A stretch of 24,000 nucleotides of DNA from Lactobacillus phage ATCC 8014-B2: sequence record JX486088.1, one strand, 5' to 3'. The notes below the pieces were generated by a model. It was not told where the DNA came from, searched no databases, and saw nothing but the letters and a program-made list of their open reading frames with translations. Shown one piece after another: positions 7,413 to 15,722 of this stretch. A program made the position numbers and the translations under genes. Each line of letters begins with the position of its first letter. Within the stretch, counting starts at the first letter, position 1.

Positions 7413-7626
7413 GTGCTTGTGGCGGAATAGTAGACGCTATGACAGATAGACAAAGGGTTGGAATTAAGGTAGCGGTAAATGGCGACACATAAATGTATCC
7501 GAGTAGCTACTGCCCTTCAAAAATAGATGGATAGTAATTCTGCCGTGGAGTTAGTCCGATAAGACCATATCCGTGTCTAAGTCATCTATAACAGGTCATG
7601 TAGGGTGCAAATCCCTACCAAGCACA
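7413..7626 (+). tRNA. Leu-like tRNA interrupted by about 130 nt (possible intron-containing or disrupted tRNA)
   Basis: 5' half GTGCTTG-TG-GCG GAATAGTAGA CGC-T-ATGAC and 3' half GTCAT...TAGGG TGCAAAT CCCTA...CAAGCAC-A are complementary at the acceptor (7 bp) and anticodon stem (5 bp) but separated by about 137 nt. Anticodon not assignable. Confidence 0.5.
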
Positions 7627-7676
7627 TAAAGCCACTATGTAAGGATACTAGCATCCTAAAAATGTCTAGAGAAACG

Positions 7677-7737
7677 TATGATAGTATCACGGGTGTGGCG
7701 GTGACTGGAGACATCAATATATGTCTCTGCTATCATA
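7677..7737 (+). ncRNA. Compact three-way-junction-like RNA element
   Basis: Closing stem TATGATAG/CTATCATA (8 bp), inner TCAC/GTGA, inner GAGACAT-CAATAT-ATGTCTC (7 bp). Confidence 0.4.
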
Positions 7738-7741
7738 AATT

Positions 7742-7814
7742 GCTCCCCTAGTGTAATTGGATAACACACCAGACTTCCAATCTGGTAATGTCGGTTCGAG
7801 TCCGGCTGGGAGCT
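7742..7814 (+). tRNA. tRNA-Gly (UCC)
   Basis: GCTCCCC/TGGGAGC acceptor, anticodon arm CCAGA CTTCCAA TCTGG, T-arm GTCGG TTCGAGT CCGGC. Confidence 0.93.
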
Positions 7815-7845
7815 TGTAGCTTAATTTCAATAAAGTAAAACGTTT

Positions 7846-7888
7846 CTCGGTGTTTTCTTTCCATGTTCTTTTATGCCGAGGGTACATA
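7846..7888 (+). promoter_or_regulatory. Stem-loop + TACATA element upstream of terL
   Basis: CTCGG...CCGAG stem (extendable by G-T pairs), then GG, then TACATA. Confidence 0.5.
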
Positions 7889-7933
7889 AAATGTAGATTT
7901 TACAGTCTATATTATAGCATATAACGAGGTGAT

Positions 7934-9646
7934 ATGTTGAAAAATAAAGAAATTTTCGACCACCCAGCGTATCAGTATGCTCTAAAAGTTCATAATGGGG
8001 AAACTCTGGCTAATAAAGATGTTAAAATCGTTGCCGACAGGTTTATCAAAGAGGTTAACGACAGTCTTAGTGGCAAGGGTGACTACTATTTTGATATTAA
8101 CGCGCTTAATCGTGTTTCAAAACTATTAAAATTAATTATTATGGCAACTGGCCCACGTCGTGGTCAGAGTGCATATGACTCACTGGCTGGTTTTCAGTGG
8201 TTTTTCTTTGTTAACATCTTTTGTTGGCGTCATAAAGAGAATCACAAGCTGAGAAGATACCAAACAGCAACAATGTTAATTCCACGTAAGAATGGTAAGA
8301 CCTTCATTTCTGCTGTTATTTTCATTTTGTTGCTTATCTTAGAGCCAAAATATTCAAAGTTTTACTCTGTGGCACCAGATTTAGAGTTATCTTCAATGTT
8401 AAAGACACAAATTGACTCATTAATTGATGGTTCGCCTGAATTAGCACGATTTTTTAAGGTTAACAACAAGGATATTACGTGTTTGTTGACTAAAAATAGC
8501 TATAAACCACTAGCTAACAGTAATAATCGTCTTGACGCGCGTGAACCAGTAGCATTTTTGGCCGATGAAGTTGGGGCTTTGCCTAATAGCTACCCAATTA
8601 ACGCCATGAAGTCTGGTCAGACGTTGGTTGATAACCCGTTGGGTATTATCATCTCAACTGCCTACGATTCTCTCGACAATCCAATGACACAAGAAATTCA
8701 ACGTGCCACTGACAAGATTACTGACGGAGAACTGTATGACCCAACGTATTTTGCGTTGATTTATAGGCCAGATAAGCCTAAAGAGTGGGCCACAAACGAT
8801 GAAGAATTGATAAAAGTCAACCCACTATCACAAGAAATACCAAAAGTCAAAGAACGTTTATTAAACGAGCGAGAAGACGCCGTTAATTATGAAGATAAGC
8901 GTCAAAACTTCTTAACAAAGTACATGAACATCTTCGTTGATGGTGATGAAGGTGAGCAATTTACGACCGAAAGTGAGCTTGATAGAGCCGAATTACCACA
9001 AGGACTTGATTGGTATGGCCGTGATGTATTCGTGGGCCTTGACTTTGCCGAAAGTCATGATAACTTTGGTTTAGCCATGGTTACATTTGATGAAGGACAC
9101 CAAAAGTACGTTGCTAAAGCATGGTCGTTTTTCCCAGCAGACCGAATGGTTGCTAAAACAAAGGTTGAAGGCTGGGATTACCAACACTCCGAAAATGAAG
9201 GTTGGGGGTTCTCTTCTGGTCATGAAACAATTGATTATGGTTTTGTGGAAGATTTCTTCTACAATATCGAATCAAAGTATGGTGTTAAGATTAAAGGATT
9301 CGGTTACGATAAGTGGAATGCACGTTCTACGGTCGCTAAGTTTATTACCAGTGGCTATGATGGTGTTGAAATTCAACAGAATCCACGTGGGTTATATCCA
9401 GGGACAAAGCTTCTACGTGAAGCCTTGCAGAACGGAAACTTTGCGTATGATAAAAATGATATGCTACGTCAGAACTTCTTAAACGCTAAGATGGTCACTG
9501 ATAGTAATTTATCATACTTTTTAAACAAGAAAAAGTCAAGCGGCAAGATTGATATGGCCGCCGCGGTTGTTGACGCCATGTCGTTGTGGGAGATTGAAGA
9601 ATTCTCAAACATTATGGGTGGTGCAAGCAACATCACATTACTTTAA
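7934..9646 (+). CDS. terL: Terminase large subunit
   Basis: 570 aa; ATPase motifs IPRKNGKT and VAFLADEVG; nuclease-like GLDFAESHDNFG; SD ACGAGGTG. Confidence 0.97.
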   Translation: MLKNKEIFDHPAYQYALKVHNGETLANKDVKIVADRFIKEVNDSLSGKGDYYFDINALNRVSKLLKLIIMATGPRRGQSAYDSLAGFQWFFFVNIFCWRHKENHKLRRYQTATMLIPRKNGKTFISAVIFILLLILEPKYSKFYSVAPDLELSSMLKTQIDSLIDGSPELARFFKVNNKDITCLLTKNSYKPLANSNNRLDAREPVAFLADEVGALPNSYPINAMKSGQTLVDNPLGIIISTAYDSLDNPMTQEIQRATDKITDGELYDPTYFALIYRPDKPKEWATNDEELIKVNPLSQEIPKVKERLLNEREDAVNYEDKRQNFLTKYMNIFVDGDEGEQFTTESELDRAELPQGLDWYGRDVFVGLDFAESHDNFGLAMVTFDEGHQKYVAKAWSFFPADRMVAKTKVEGWDYQHSENEGWGFSSGHETIDYGFVEDFFYNIESKYGVKIKGFGYDKWNARSTVAKFITSGYDGVEIQQNPRGLYPGTKLLREALQNGNFAYDKNDMLRQNFLNAKMVTDSNLSYFLNKKKSSGKIDMAAAVVDAMSLWEIEEFSNIMGGASNITLL

Positions 9647-9688
9647 AAGGGGTGAGTTTAAATCGCTAATAAAAATAATAAATGGTCT

Positions 9689-11137
9689 TTGAAGAGTATC
9701 TTCAAAATTCCATTTAGCCAGCAACAGCCGGGGCAAGATAGTCGTGGCGGTACTTTTGTTCGTTCACAGACTGGTACAGGGCCGTTAGCCTTCACGGGTG
9801 ACGATACACCTATCACAGAAGATACGGTTATGGAGATTCCGGCGTTCAGTGCGGCGTTAGCGTTGGTTGCTGACACGGTAGCTTCTCTCGACATTTTGTT
9901 GATGAAGACAAGTGACCAAGGTGTCCCACTTCCTGTTAAAGATGACGAACGAGTATTAATGCTTAATAAGCAAGCGAACGAGGAGATGTCCGCTTTCACG
10001 TATAAGCGTTCAGTTGTTAAAGACTTGTTACTATACGGTCGTTCGCTAACTTACATTGAACGAACTGGCAAAAACAAGATTAATGCTATTTATCCTTTAG
10101 CTTCTCGTTATGTTACTACCGAAGTTTATACTTATGGTGGTTATAAATATTATGGTGTTTATACCTATAACTCAGAAGCTGGTTCATTTGAATACGATGA
10201 AGAAGACCTAATGAATGTAATCTCGGATTCACAAGACGGTATTACAGCAGATGGTATTATGGCAAACTATACCGGGACGCTTCAATTAGCATTAGCGCAA
10301 CGTGATTATGAAAAAAATCTATTGTCTAACGGTGCGGTTCCTGTTGGTGCTGTGCGTTCTGATAGAGCAGTAGCACCTGAAATCCTTGATAAATTAAAGG
10401 AACAGTTCGCCTCATCTTATTCTGGTGCGGGTAATTCTGGTAAGACGCTATTCCTAGAAGGTGGCTTGTCTTATCAACAGATTAGTACGAACCCAGACAA
10501 TATGCAATTGGACTCTAGTAAGAAGAGCATGTTAGGTGAAATTGCTCGTATGTTTAACTTACCAGAAACACTTATTAACGCTAGTGCTAATAAGTATAAC
10601 TCTAATGAGCAGAACAACCTGCAATTCTTCCAATATTGTTTAAAGCCAATTTTATCAAGTTTTGAAGCCGCAATCAACAAGGAATTGTTGTTGGAATCTG
10701 AAAAAGATGAAGGTTACTTCTTCAAGTTTGATACAGACACTATTATGCAAAATACCTTCAAAGAAAAGGTCGCCGCATATGGTGCTTTATACAAGCAAGG
10801 ACTTATTAGTTATGATGAATTTCGTAACAAGTTTGGCTTTAGCAATATCGAAGGGGAAGACTTTATTAACCTTAGCCTTGGTTCTGTTCTTTACTATCCT
10901 AAGACTGGTGAAATGAAGATTCCTAACTTAGGTATCGCTGGAGGTGCTGACGTTGCCGGACAGGATTCAGGAGACCCTACACAGGTTACTCCTAAGAATC
11001 AACCAATCGGTACCATCACCCCAAACAAGAAGCCGGGAGAAAAGCAAGGTATTCAAAAAGCTCCTAACCAAAAGAATCAAGATGACAGCCATCAAACAAA
11101 GGCTGATAATAATGTGTTAGGAGGTAATGACAATTAA
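9689..11137 (+). CDS. Portal protein (HK97-like)
   Basis: 482 aa; DDTPITEDTVMEIPAFSAALALVADTVASLDI...LLLYGRS...FNLPETLIN; TTG start. Confidence 0.93.
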   Translation: MKSIFKIPFSQQQPGQDSRGGTFVRSQTGTGPLAFTGDDTPITEDTVMEIPAFSAALALVADTVASLDILLMKTSDQGVPLPVKDDERVLMLNKQANEEMSAFTYKRSVVKDLLLYGRSLTYIERTGKNKINAIYPLASRYVTTEVYTYGGYKYYGVYTYNSEAGSFEYDEEDLMNVISDSQDGITADGIMANYTGTLQLALAQRDYEKNLLSNGAVPVGAVRSDRAVAPEILDKLKEQFASSYSGAGNSGKTLFLEGGLSYQQISTNPDNMQLDSSKKSMLGEIARMFNLPETLINASANKYNSNEQNNLQFFQYCLKPILSSFEAAINKELLLESEKDEGYFFKFDTDTIMQNTFKEKVAAYGALYKQGLISYDEFRNKFGFSNIEGEDFINLSLGSVLYYPKTGEMKIPNLGIAGGADVAGQDSGDPTQVTPKNQPIGTITPNKKPGEKQGIQKAPNQKNQDDSHQTKADNNVLGGNDN

Positions 11138-12236
11138 GCAAAAAGAATTACGAACACTTAGTTTCGAGACGCGAGATTTGTCTTTTGATGATAAATCTTT
11201 AAAGGTCTCTGGATATGTTAACAAAGCTGGCTCTTACAGTCAGGTGATGTCCGCTGACGGTACCCCGTTTCGTGAAACTATTTTACCACAAGCGTTTGTT
11301 GAAGCTGTTGCAACAGAAGACCCAATTGATTTTTATGCAGAGCATGACGACCAAAAGTTGCTTGCAACAACTGTCAATCATTCATTAACGCTACGTGCAG
11401 ACGATAACGGTCTGTATATGGAAGCACAAATCTTAGATACGAATGATGGTCGTGACACGTATGAGCTTATTAAAAGCGGTGTTATTACGAGTATGAGTTT
11501 CGGATTTATTGTTCTTGATGATGATTGGGACATGACAGGTGGTACGTTCGATGATGGTATTCCATTAAGGACTGTCAAAGAAATCATTTTGAAAGAAGTA
11601 TCTGCGGTACGTTTTCCTGCCTATCTAAGTTCTAGCATTGAAGCTCGTGGTATTCAGGAGCTAAAGAAGCTTGAACACAGAGGTATTAATAGCGTATCGG
11701 AAGTTGTTAATATTAAGGAGGGAAACGAATTGGAATTACGAGACGTAGAAACTAAGGAATTATTTGCTGAGCTAGAACGGCGCGCAAAGCTTCCTGCAAA
11801 TGAAGTTATTGTAAAGCCTGCTAAGCGTGATGATGAACCAGATGATACTAGTGAAACACAGGTGGCGTCTGAAACAGATGTCACTGCCTTGTCTCCAGCG
11901 AGTCAAATTGATGTTGACGAATTAGCTAAGCAAATTATTGCTTCTGTATTAGATGGGCTTCAAACTTCATTAGCACAACGTGATGGTGAGGAAGATGTTC
12001 CTGAACCAGATGGTTCTGACATGGCGACAGATGACGACACTGAAACTGACTCAATGAAGCCAGCTAAGGGTGCTAAGTCTGGTGAAAAACGTGATGACGA
12101 ATCAGACGATACTGACGAATCCGATGATGACACTGAAACTGATTCTAAGACCAGCAAGAAAGCTTCTAAGAGTGCTGAAAAGCGCAGTATGGAAGCACGG
12201 GAATTATTGAAACAAATTAACGATTTGGAGGTCTAA
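11127..12236 (+). CDS. HK97-family prohead protease with long acidic C-terminal tail
   Basis: VSGYVNKAGSYSQ...FYAEHD...GVITSMSFGF...EVSAVRFPAY; the last ~150 aa are D/E/K/S-rich. Confidence 0.93.
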   Translation: MTIKQKELRTLSFETRDLSFDDKSLKVSGYVNKAGSYSQVMSADGTPFRETILPQAFVEAVATEDPIDFYAEHDDQKLLATTVNHSLTLRADDNGLYMEAQILDTNDGRDTYELIKSGVITSMSFGFIVLDDDWDMTGGTFDDGIPLRTVKEIILKEVSAVRFPAYLSSSIEARGIQELKKLEHRGINSVSEVVNIKEGNELELRDVETKELFAELERRAKLPANEVIVKPAKRDDEPDDTSETQVASETDVTALSPASQIDVDELAKQIIASVLDGLQTSLAQRDGEEDVPEPDGSDMATDDDTETDSMKPAKGAKSGEKRDDESDDTDESDDDTETDSKTSKKASKSAEKRSMEARELLKQINDLEV

Positions 12237-12239
12237 TTA

Positions 12240-13526
12240 ATGAAGACAAAAAAGGGTTTGCTTGAAAAGCGTTCAGCATTAAAAGGTAAGCTGGACGAAT
12301 TCAAGCCTGCTATTGAAGATGGTACCGTTACTGACGCGCAATTAGAAGAAATGCGTTCTATCAAGTCAGACATTGTATCAGTTAACGATGAAATTGCAAA
12401 TTTAGATGAACAACGGCATAATGCCGTACCTACAAAAGATGAAACTAGGGGTGCTGAAAAGATGGATAAAGATTTGAAGAAATTAGAAAAGCGCGCGGCC
12501 GCTGACCTATTCCGTAACAAATTGCGGGACAGCAAGGCAGTTCATGACTACCTTGAAGTTGCAAAGGAACATGACAAGGACGTTGACGTAGAAGACCGCG
12601 CCTTACAAGACAACGGTTTATCATGGGGCAACGCCGTAAACGGCACCGCTTCTGACGGTGGTGTTGTTATTCCCACCACTGTTTCCGATACTATTATTGA
12701 AAAGTTACAAGAAACTTCTCCAGTGTTTGCATTGGCTAACAAGCTGGGTTCAATCACTGGTAACTTGCGGGTAGCTCGCGAAACTGACAACTCTGATGAT
12801 GGTTTCGTTGGTGAACTTGAAGAAGTCAAGGCACAAACCCCAACTTTGAAATACGTTGAATTAACGCAAAAGCGTGTCGGTGCCTCAATGCAACTATCTA
12901 ACATGATGATTAATGACGGTGCGCCTGACATCGTTAGCTACGCCGTTGGTCGTTTGGGTCGTTCATTAGGTAAGGCCATCGAACGTGCCGTATTAGTTGG
13001 CGCTAAGACTGGTGAAGACGCTACGAAGACTTTCAAACCAGTTGTTGGTGGTGATGGTGTCCAAACTGTTACTTTGGCTGGTGCAACTCCTACGTTAGAC
13101 GAATTAATTGGTTTAACGACTGCACTTAACCCTGCATACTTGGGACAAGCCGTATTCGTTATGTCTCGTGAAGCATTCAACGCTGTATCTAAGTTGAAGG
13201 ACGATGACAACGAACACTTAATCTTCAAGCCACAAATGCAAACTGCTATTGCGGGTGCTGTTGGTGTTCGTCCAGGATACTCATTCCAAGGTATTCCTGT
13301 ATTTGTATCTGACCAACTTAACGGCAACGCTAATGGCCAAATCGTGTTAGGTAACTTTAACGCTGGTTACACTATTATGACTAAGCAAGGTTTGCGGTTA
13401 ACTCACGTTACGGCTGATACGCAACAGGCACTTGCTGGTGGTCACTTAGTCGTTCTTGATGGTTACATGGACGGTGCTGTTACGAACCCTGACGCATTCG
13501 TGGTTGCTAAGCCTGCGAGTAAGTAA
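12240..13526 (+). CDS. Major capsid protein (HK97-like); possible +1-frame C-terminal extension to 13590
   Basis: 428 aa with N-terminal coiled delta/scaffold-like domain and GITGNLRV...YPGYSFQGIPVFVSDQ-like fold motifs. Confidence 0.95.
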   Translation: MKTKKGLLEKRSALKGKLDEFKPAIEDGTVTDAQLEEMRSIKSDIVSVNDEIANLDEQRHNAVPTKDETRGAEKMDKDLKKLEKRAAADLFRNKLRDSKAVHDYLEVAKEHDKDVDVEDRALQDNGLSWGNAVNGTASDGGVVIPTTVSDTIIEKLQETSPVFALANKLGSITGNLRVARETDNSDDGFVGELEEVKAQTPTLKYVELTQKRVGASMQLSNMMINDGAPDIVSYAVGRLGRSLGKAIERAVLVGAKTGEDATKTFKPVVGGDGVQTVTLAGATPTLDELIGLTTALNPAYLGQAVFVMSREAFNAVSKLKDDDNEHLIFKPQMQTAIAGAVGVRPGYSFQGIPVFVSDQLNGNANGQIVLGNFNAGYTIMTKQGLRLTHVTADTQQALAGGHLVVLDGYMDGAVTNPDAFVVAKPASK

Positions 13527-13590
13527 TCCGGCGCCAACGGTCACTAACGTTACCCCTGACGTGAATAGTGCTACGGTGGTAGCTAAGTAA
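13524..13590 (+). other. +1-frame continuation after the MCP stop: N-PAPTVTNVTPDVNSATVVAK*
   Basis: Similar to the +1-frame continuation after the MTP stop; ends just before a hairpin+TACATA element. Confidence 0.55.
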
Positions 13591-13606
13591 TAAATCCGAT
13601 TATTAA

Positions 13607-13632
13607 CCTCCTCGTTTGAGGAGGTGTACATA
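13607..13632 (+). promoter_or_regulatory. Stem-loop + TACATA element
   Basis: CCTCCTC-GTTT-GAGGAGG, TG, TACATA. Confidence 0.75.
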
Positions 13633-13656
13633 CCTACATGATAGGAGGGAATACTA

Positions 13657-14115
13657 TTGGCACAAAACTTTGATATTTACGATGACAAAGATGAAAAGAT
13701 TGTAACCAATCAACCATCTCCAGTTGTAATCTCAGATTTAAACCCGGCTACTAAGTATTCTGGTTATAAGATTGCTTATACTGGTAAAGATTCAAAGACA
13801 ACGATTGATGATTTTACAACCACCAACCAAGTACCTGGTAAGCCAACATTGATGGCTAAGGCTGGCGACGGCAAGATTGATGTTATCTTCACCGATGGTG
13901 CAAACCTAGGTACAGTAGTTACTAAGCGTACTGTTTACTGGAAGTCAGCAGACGGTAAGACTGGTACGGCTGATTTGGGTCAAACTTCTAGCGGTTCAGT
14001 TGACGGTTTGACGAACGGTACAGAATATACCTTGCAAGGTGTATGTACAAACGCCGCTGGTGACTCTGAAAAGTCAGATGAAGTAACAGCTACTCCAGTT
14101 TCAGCGGCTGGATAA
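13657..14115 (+). CDS. Virion protein with fibronectin type III-like domains (probable capsid decoration)
   Basis: 152 aa; VVISDLNPATKYSGYKIAYTGKDSK...VPGKPTLMAKAGDGKIDVIF...SGSVDGLTNGTEYTLQGVCTNAAGDSEKSDEVTATP. Confidence 0.8.
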   Translation: MAQNFDIYDDKDEKIVTNQPSPVVISDLNPATKYSGYKIAYTGKDSKTTIDDFTTTNQVPGKPTLMAKAGDGKIDVIFTDGANLGTVVTKRTVYWKSADGKTGTADLGQTSSGSVDGLTNGTEYTLQGVCTNAAGDSEKSDEVTATPVSAAG

Positions 14116-14118
14116 CTC

Positions 14119-14139
14119 TACCCCATTTTGGGGTACATA
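14119..14139 (+). promoter_or_regulatory. Stem-loop + TACATA element
   Basis: TACCCC-ATTTT-GGGGTA overlapping TACATA. Confidence 0.7.
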
Positions 14140-14152
14140 GGAGGTGTGATAG

Positions 14153-14440
14153 ATGTCAGTGACCGTTAATGATTTTAAAAACCAAATTAACGCAGATTCA
14201 GATGAAGATGTTGATTTATATTTTAACCATGCTGTTGATTACGTTAATTTTTATGTATCAAAAATTACAGGTCAGTTCGCTGGTGAACGTGAAAAACAAT
14301 TTGAGTCTACCATAGATAGAGCTATATTGGAAGTAGCCACAACCTTGTATCTAAAGCGTGATGGTGCACCTGTCAGTGGCACTATTAATTCCTCATCACT
14401 AGAAACCATTATTAATTATGGCAGGAACTTTTCCATTTAG
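14153..14440 (+). CDS. Head-tail connector (gp6-like)
   Basis: 95 aa, VNDFKNQINADSDEDVDLYFNHAVDYVNFYV; position after capsid genes. Confidence 0.75.
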   Translation: MSVTVNDFKNQINADSDEDVDLYFNHAVDYVNFYVSKITGQFAGEREKQFESTIDRAILEVATTLYLKRDGAPVSGTINSSSLETIINYGRNFSI

Positions 14441-14452
14441 TGAGGTGAGAAA

Positions 14453-14881
14453 ATGGCAAATAAGGTTGACCTATGGCGTTACAAAGAGAAGTTAGAGCTT
14501 GGCACAAATGAATCATGGAAAGAGCTAGATAACGGGAATATTATTAACTCTGGAGCTGACATTAATGACGATACATTTGATGTTAAGTATACTTTTCATT
14601 GCGCGCAATATCGGGTATCAGATAGAAATATTACGAGTGTTAACGGAATGGACGACGAAAACACACTTGTAGTTGCCGTTAAACACAGGCCAAACTTTGA
14701 TTACGATAGTTATCGGGCAAGGTTTAGGAAAAAATATTATATTGTAACCTATATTGTACCAGATACCGCCGCAATTGTGTCATATGATTTATTATCATTG
14801 AAATCAGTTATTAAAAACGGCGGTTCATCTGGTGTGTCTGGCACTTCAAGTTATGGAGGGGGCGATTCATATGGCGATTAA
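14453..14881 (+). CDS. Head closure / head-tail adaptor
   Basis: 142 aa, synteny between connector and gp10-like protein. Confidence 0.6.
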   Translation: MANKVDLWRYKEKLELGTNESWKELDNGNIINSGADINDDTFDVKYTFHCAQYRVSDRNITSVNGMDDENTLVVAVKHRPNFDYDSYRARFRKKYYIVTYIVPDTAAIVSYDLLSLKSVIKNGGSSGVSGTSSYGGGDSYGD

Positions 14882-15323
14882 TAAGAAATTGGTTACTACC
14901 GGCTTAGGTTCGATTGAGGTAACTGGCGAAGACGAGTTGCTTAAACAGTTAGACAAATTTAAATTATCTCGTAAGGAACGTTCAGCTATTGTTGAAGCCG
15001 CTATTCCAATTGCCGAAAAGCACCTATATGATAGCACACCTTATGATGAATTTGAAGATGTTCAGAACAAAAAACTATATGGTAAGTCGATTGGTCATTT
15101 AAGAGACCATATCACACATAAGCCAAACCAATTTATTGACGGTGGTACTGAATTAGGATTTGAGCAAAAAGCTTATCCTATTGCTGTCTGGACTGACTGG
15201 GGGACATATCGTCAACCAGCACAGTTTTGGTTTGAGAAGTCCATTGAAACTATGCCATACGACCAAATCTTTGCTGCACAAACTCAAACAGCCAAGGCTA
15301 TTTTAAAGGCAAAGGGGTTGTAA
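14871..15323 (+). CDS. HK97 gp10-like tail component
   Basis: SD GGAGGGG before ATG 14871; LVTTGLGSIEVTGEDELLKQLDKF...IPIAEKHLYDSTPYD. Confidence 0.8.
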   Translation: MAINKKLVTTGLGSIEVTGEDELLKQLDKFKLSRKERSAIVEAAIPIAEKHLYDSTPYDEFEDVQNKKLYGKSIGHLRDHITHKPNQFIDGGTELGFEQKAYPIAVWTDWGTYRQPAQFWFEKSIETMPYDQIFAAQTQTAKAILKAKGL

Positions 15324-15326
15324 GAT

Positions 15327-15704
15327 TTGATTTCAAACGACGTAAAACAATTAATTAGAGACGCCAATATTGACGGAATTGACCCAAAATATGTCTTTGC
15401 ATATGCTCTTCCTGATAATATTAAGGCGGCAGTTCAGAATAAAATAGTGATTTTAGTTAACGATATTTCACGCATTCCTAGTAAATTTGGTAGCGATGAT
15501 ATTATTGCTGATGACGGTACGGTACAAGTACAGTTCTTTTATCCACTAAGTATTGACGGAGACGTTACAGCGTTGTATGAGCACCCTGTGCGCAACATGT
15601 TGCGTGACAATGGTTGGTATCAGACAATCGGTGGCGGAATTGACCGTGAACCAAACACTTCACAACTTTATTCAACTTATCATTTTAAGAAAACCATTTA
15701 TTAA
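15327..15704 (+). CDS. Tail terminator-like minor tail protein
   Basis: 125 aa; synteny between gp10-like and MTP genes; TTG start. Confidence 0.6.
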   Translation: MISNDVKQLIRDANIDGIDPKYVFAYALPDNIKAAVQNKIVILVNDISRIPSKFGSDDIIADDGTVQVQFFYPLSIDGDVTALYEHPVRNMLRDNGWYQTIGGGIDREPNTSQLYSTYHFKKTIY

Positions 15705-15722
15705 AGAAAGAGGTAATTACTA

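Noticed and set aside
7444-7580. Canonical self-splicing group I intron in the Leu-like tRNA
   Set aside because: Insert is only about 130 nt and I could not identify convincing P7 (R/S) pairing or a clear U-splice site/omega-G arrangement; kept only as an interrupted tRNA of unknown type.
9087-9482. Nested + strand ORF of 131 aa inside terL
   Set aside because: Fully overlaps the well-supported TerL reading frame; no SD support seen.
9658-13631. Minus-strand ORFs antisense to portal, protease and MCP (9658-9999, 10474-10680, 11378-11587, 11654-11884, 11960-12157, 12233-12535, 12548-12931, 12938-13327, 13446-13631)
   Set aside because: They lie opposite strongly supported coding genes and their composition mirrors codon structure of the sense strand; considered spurious.
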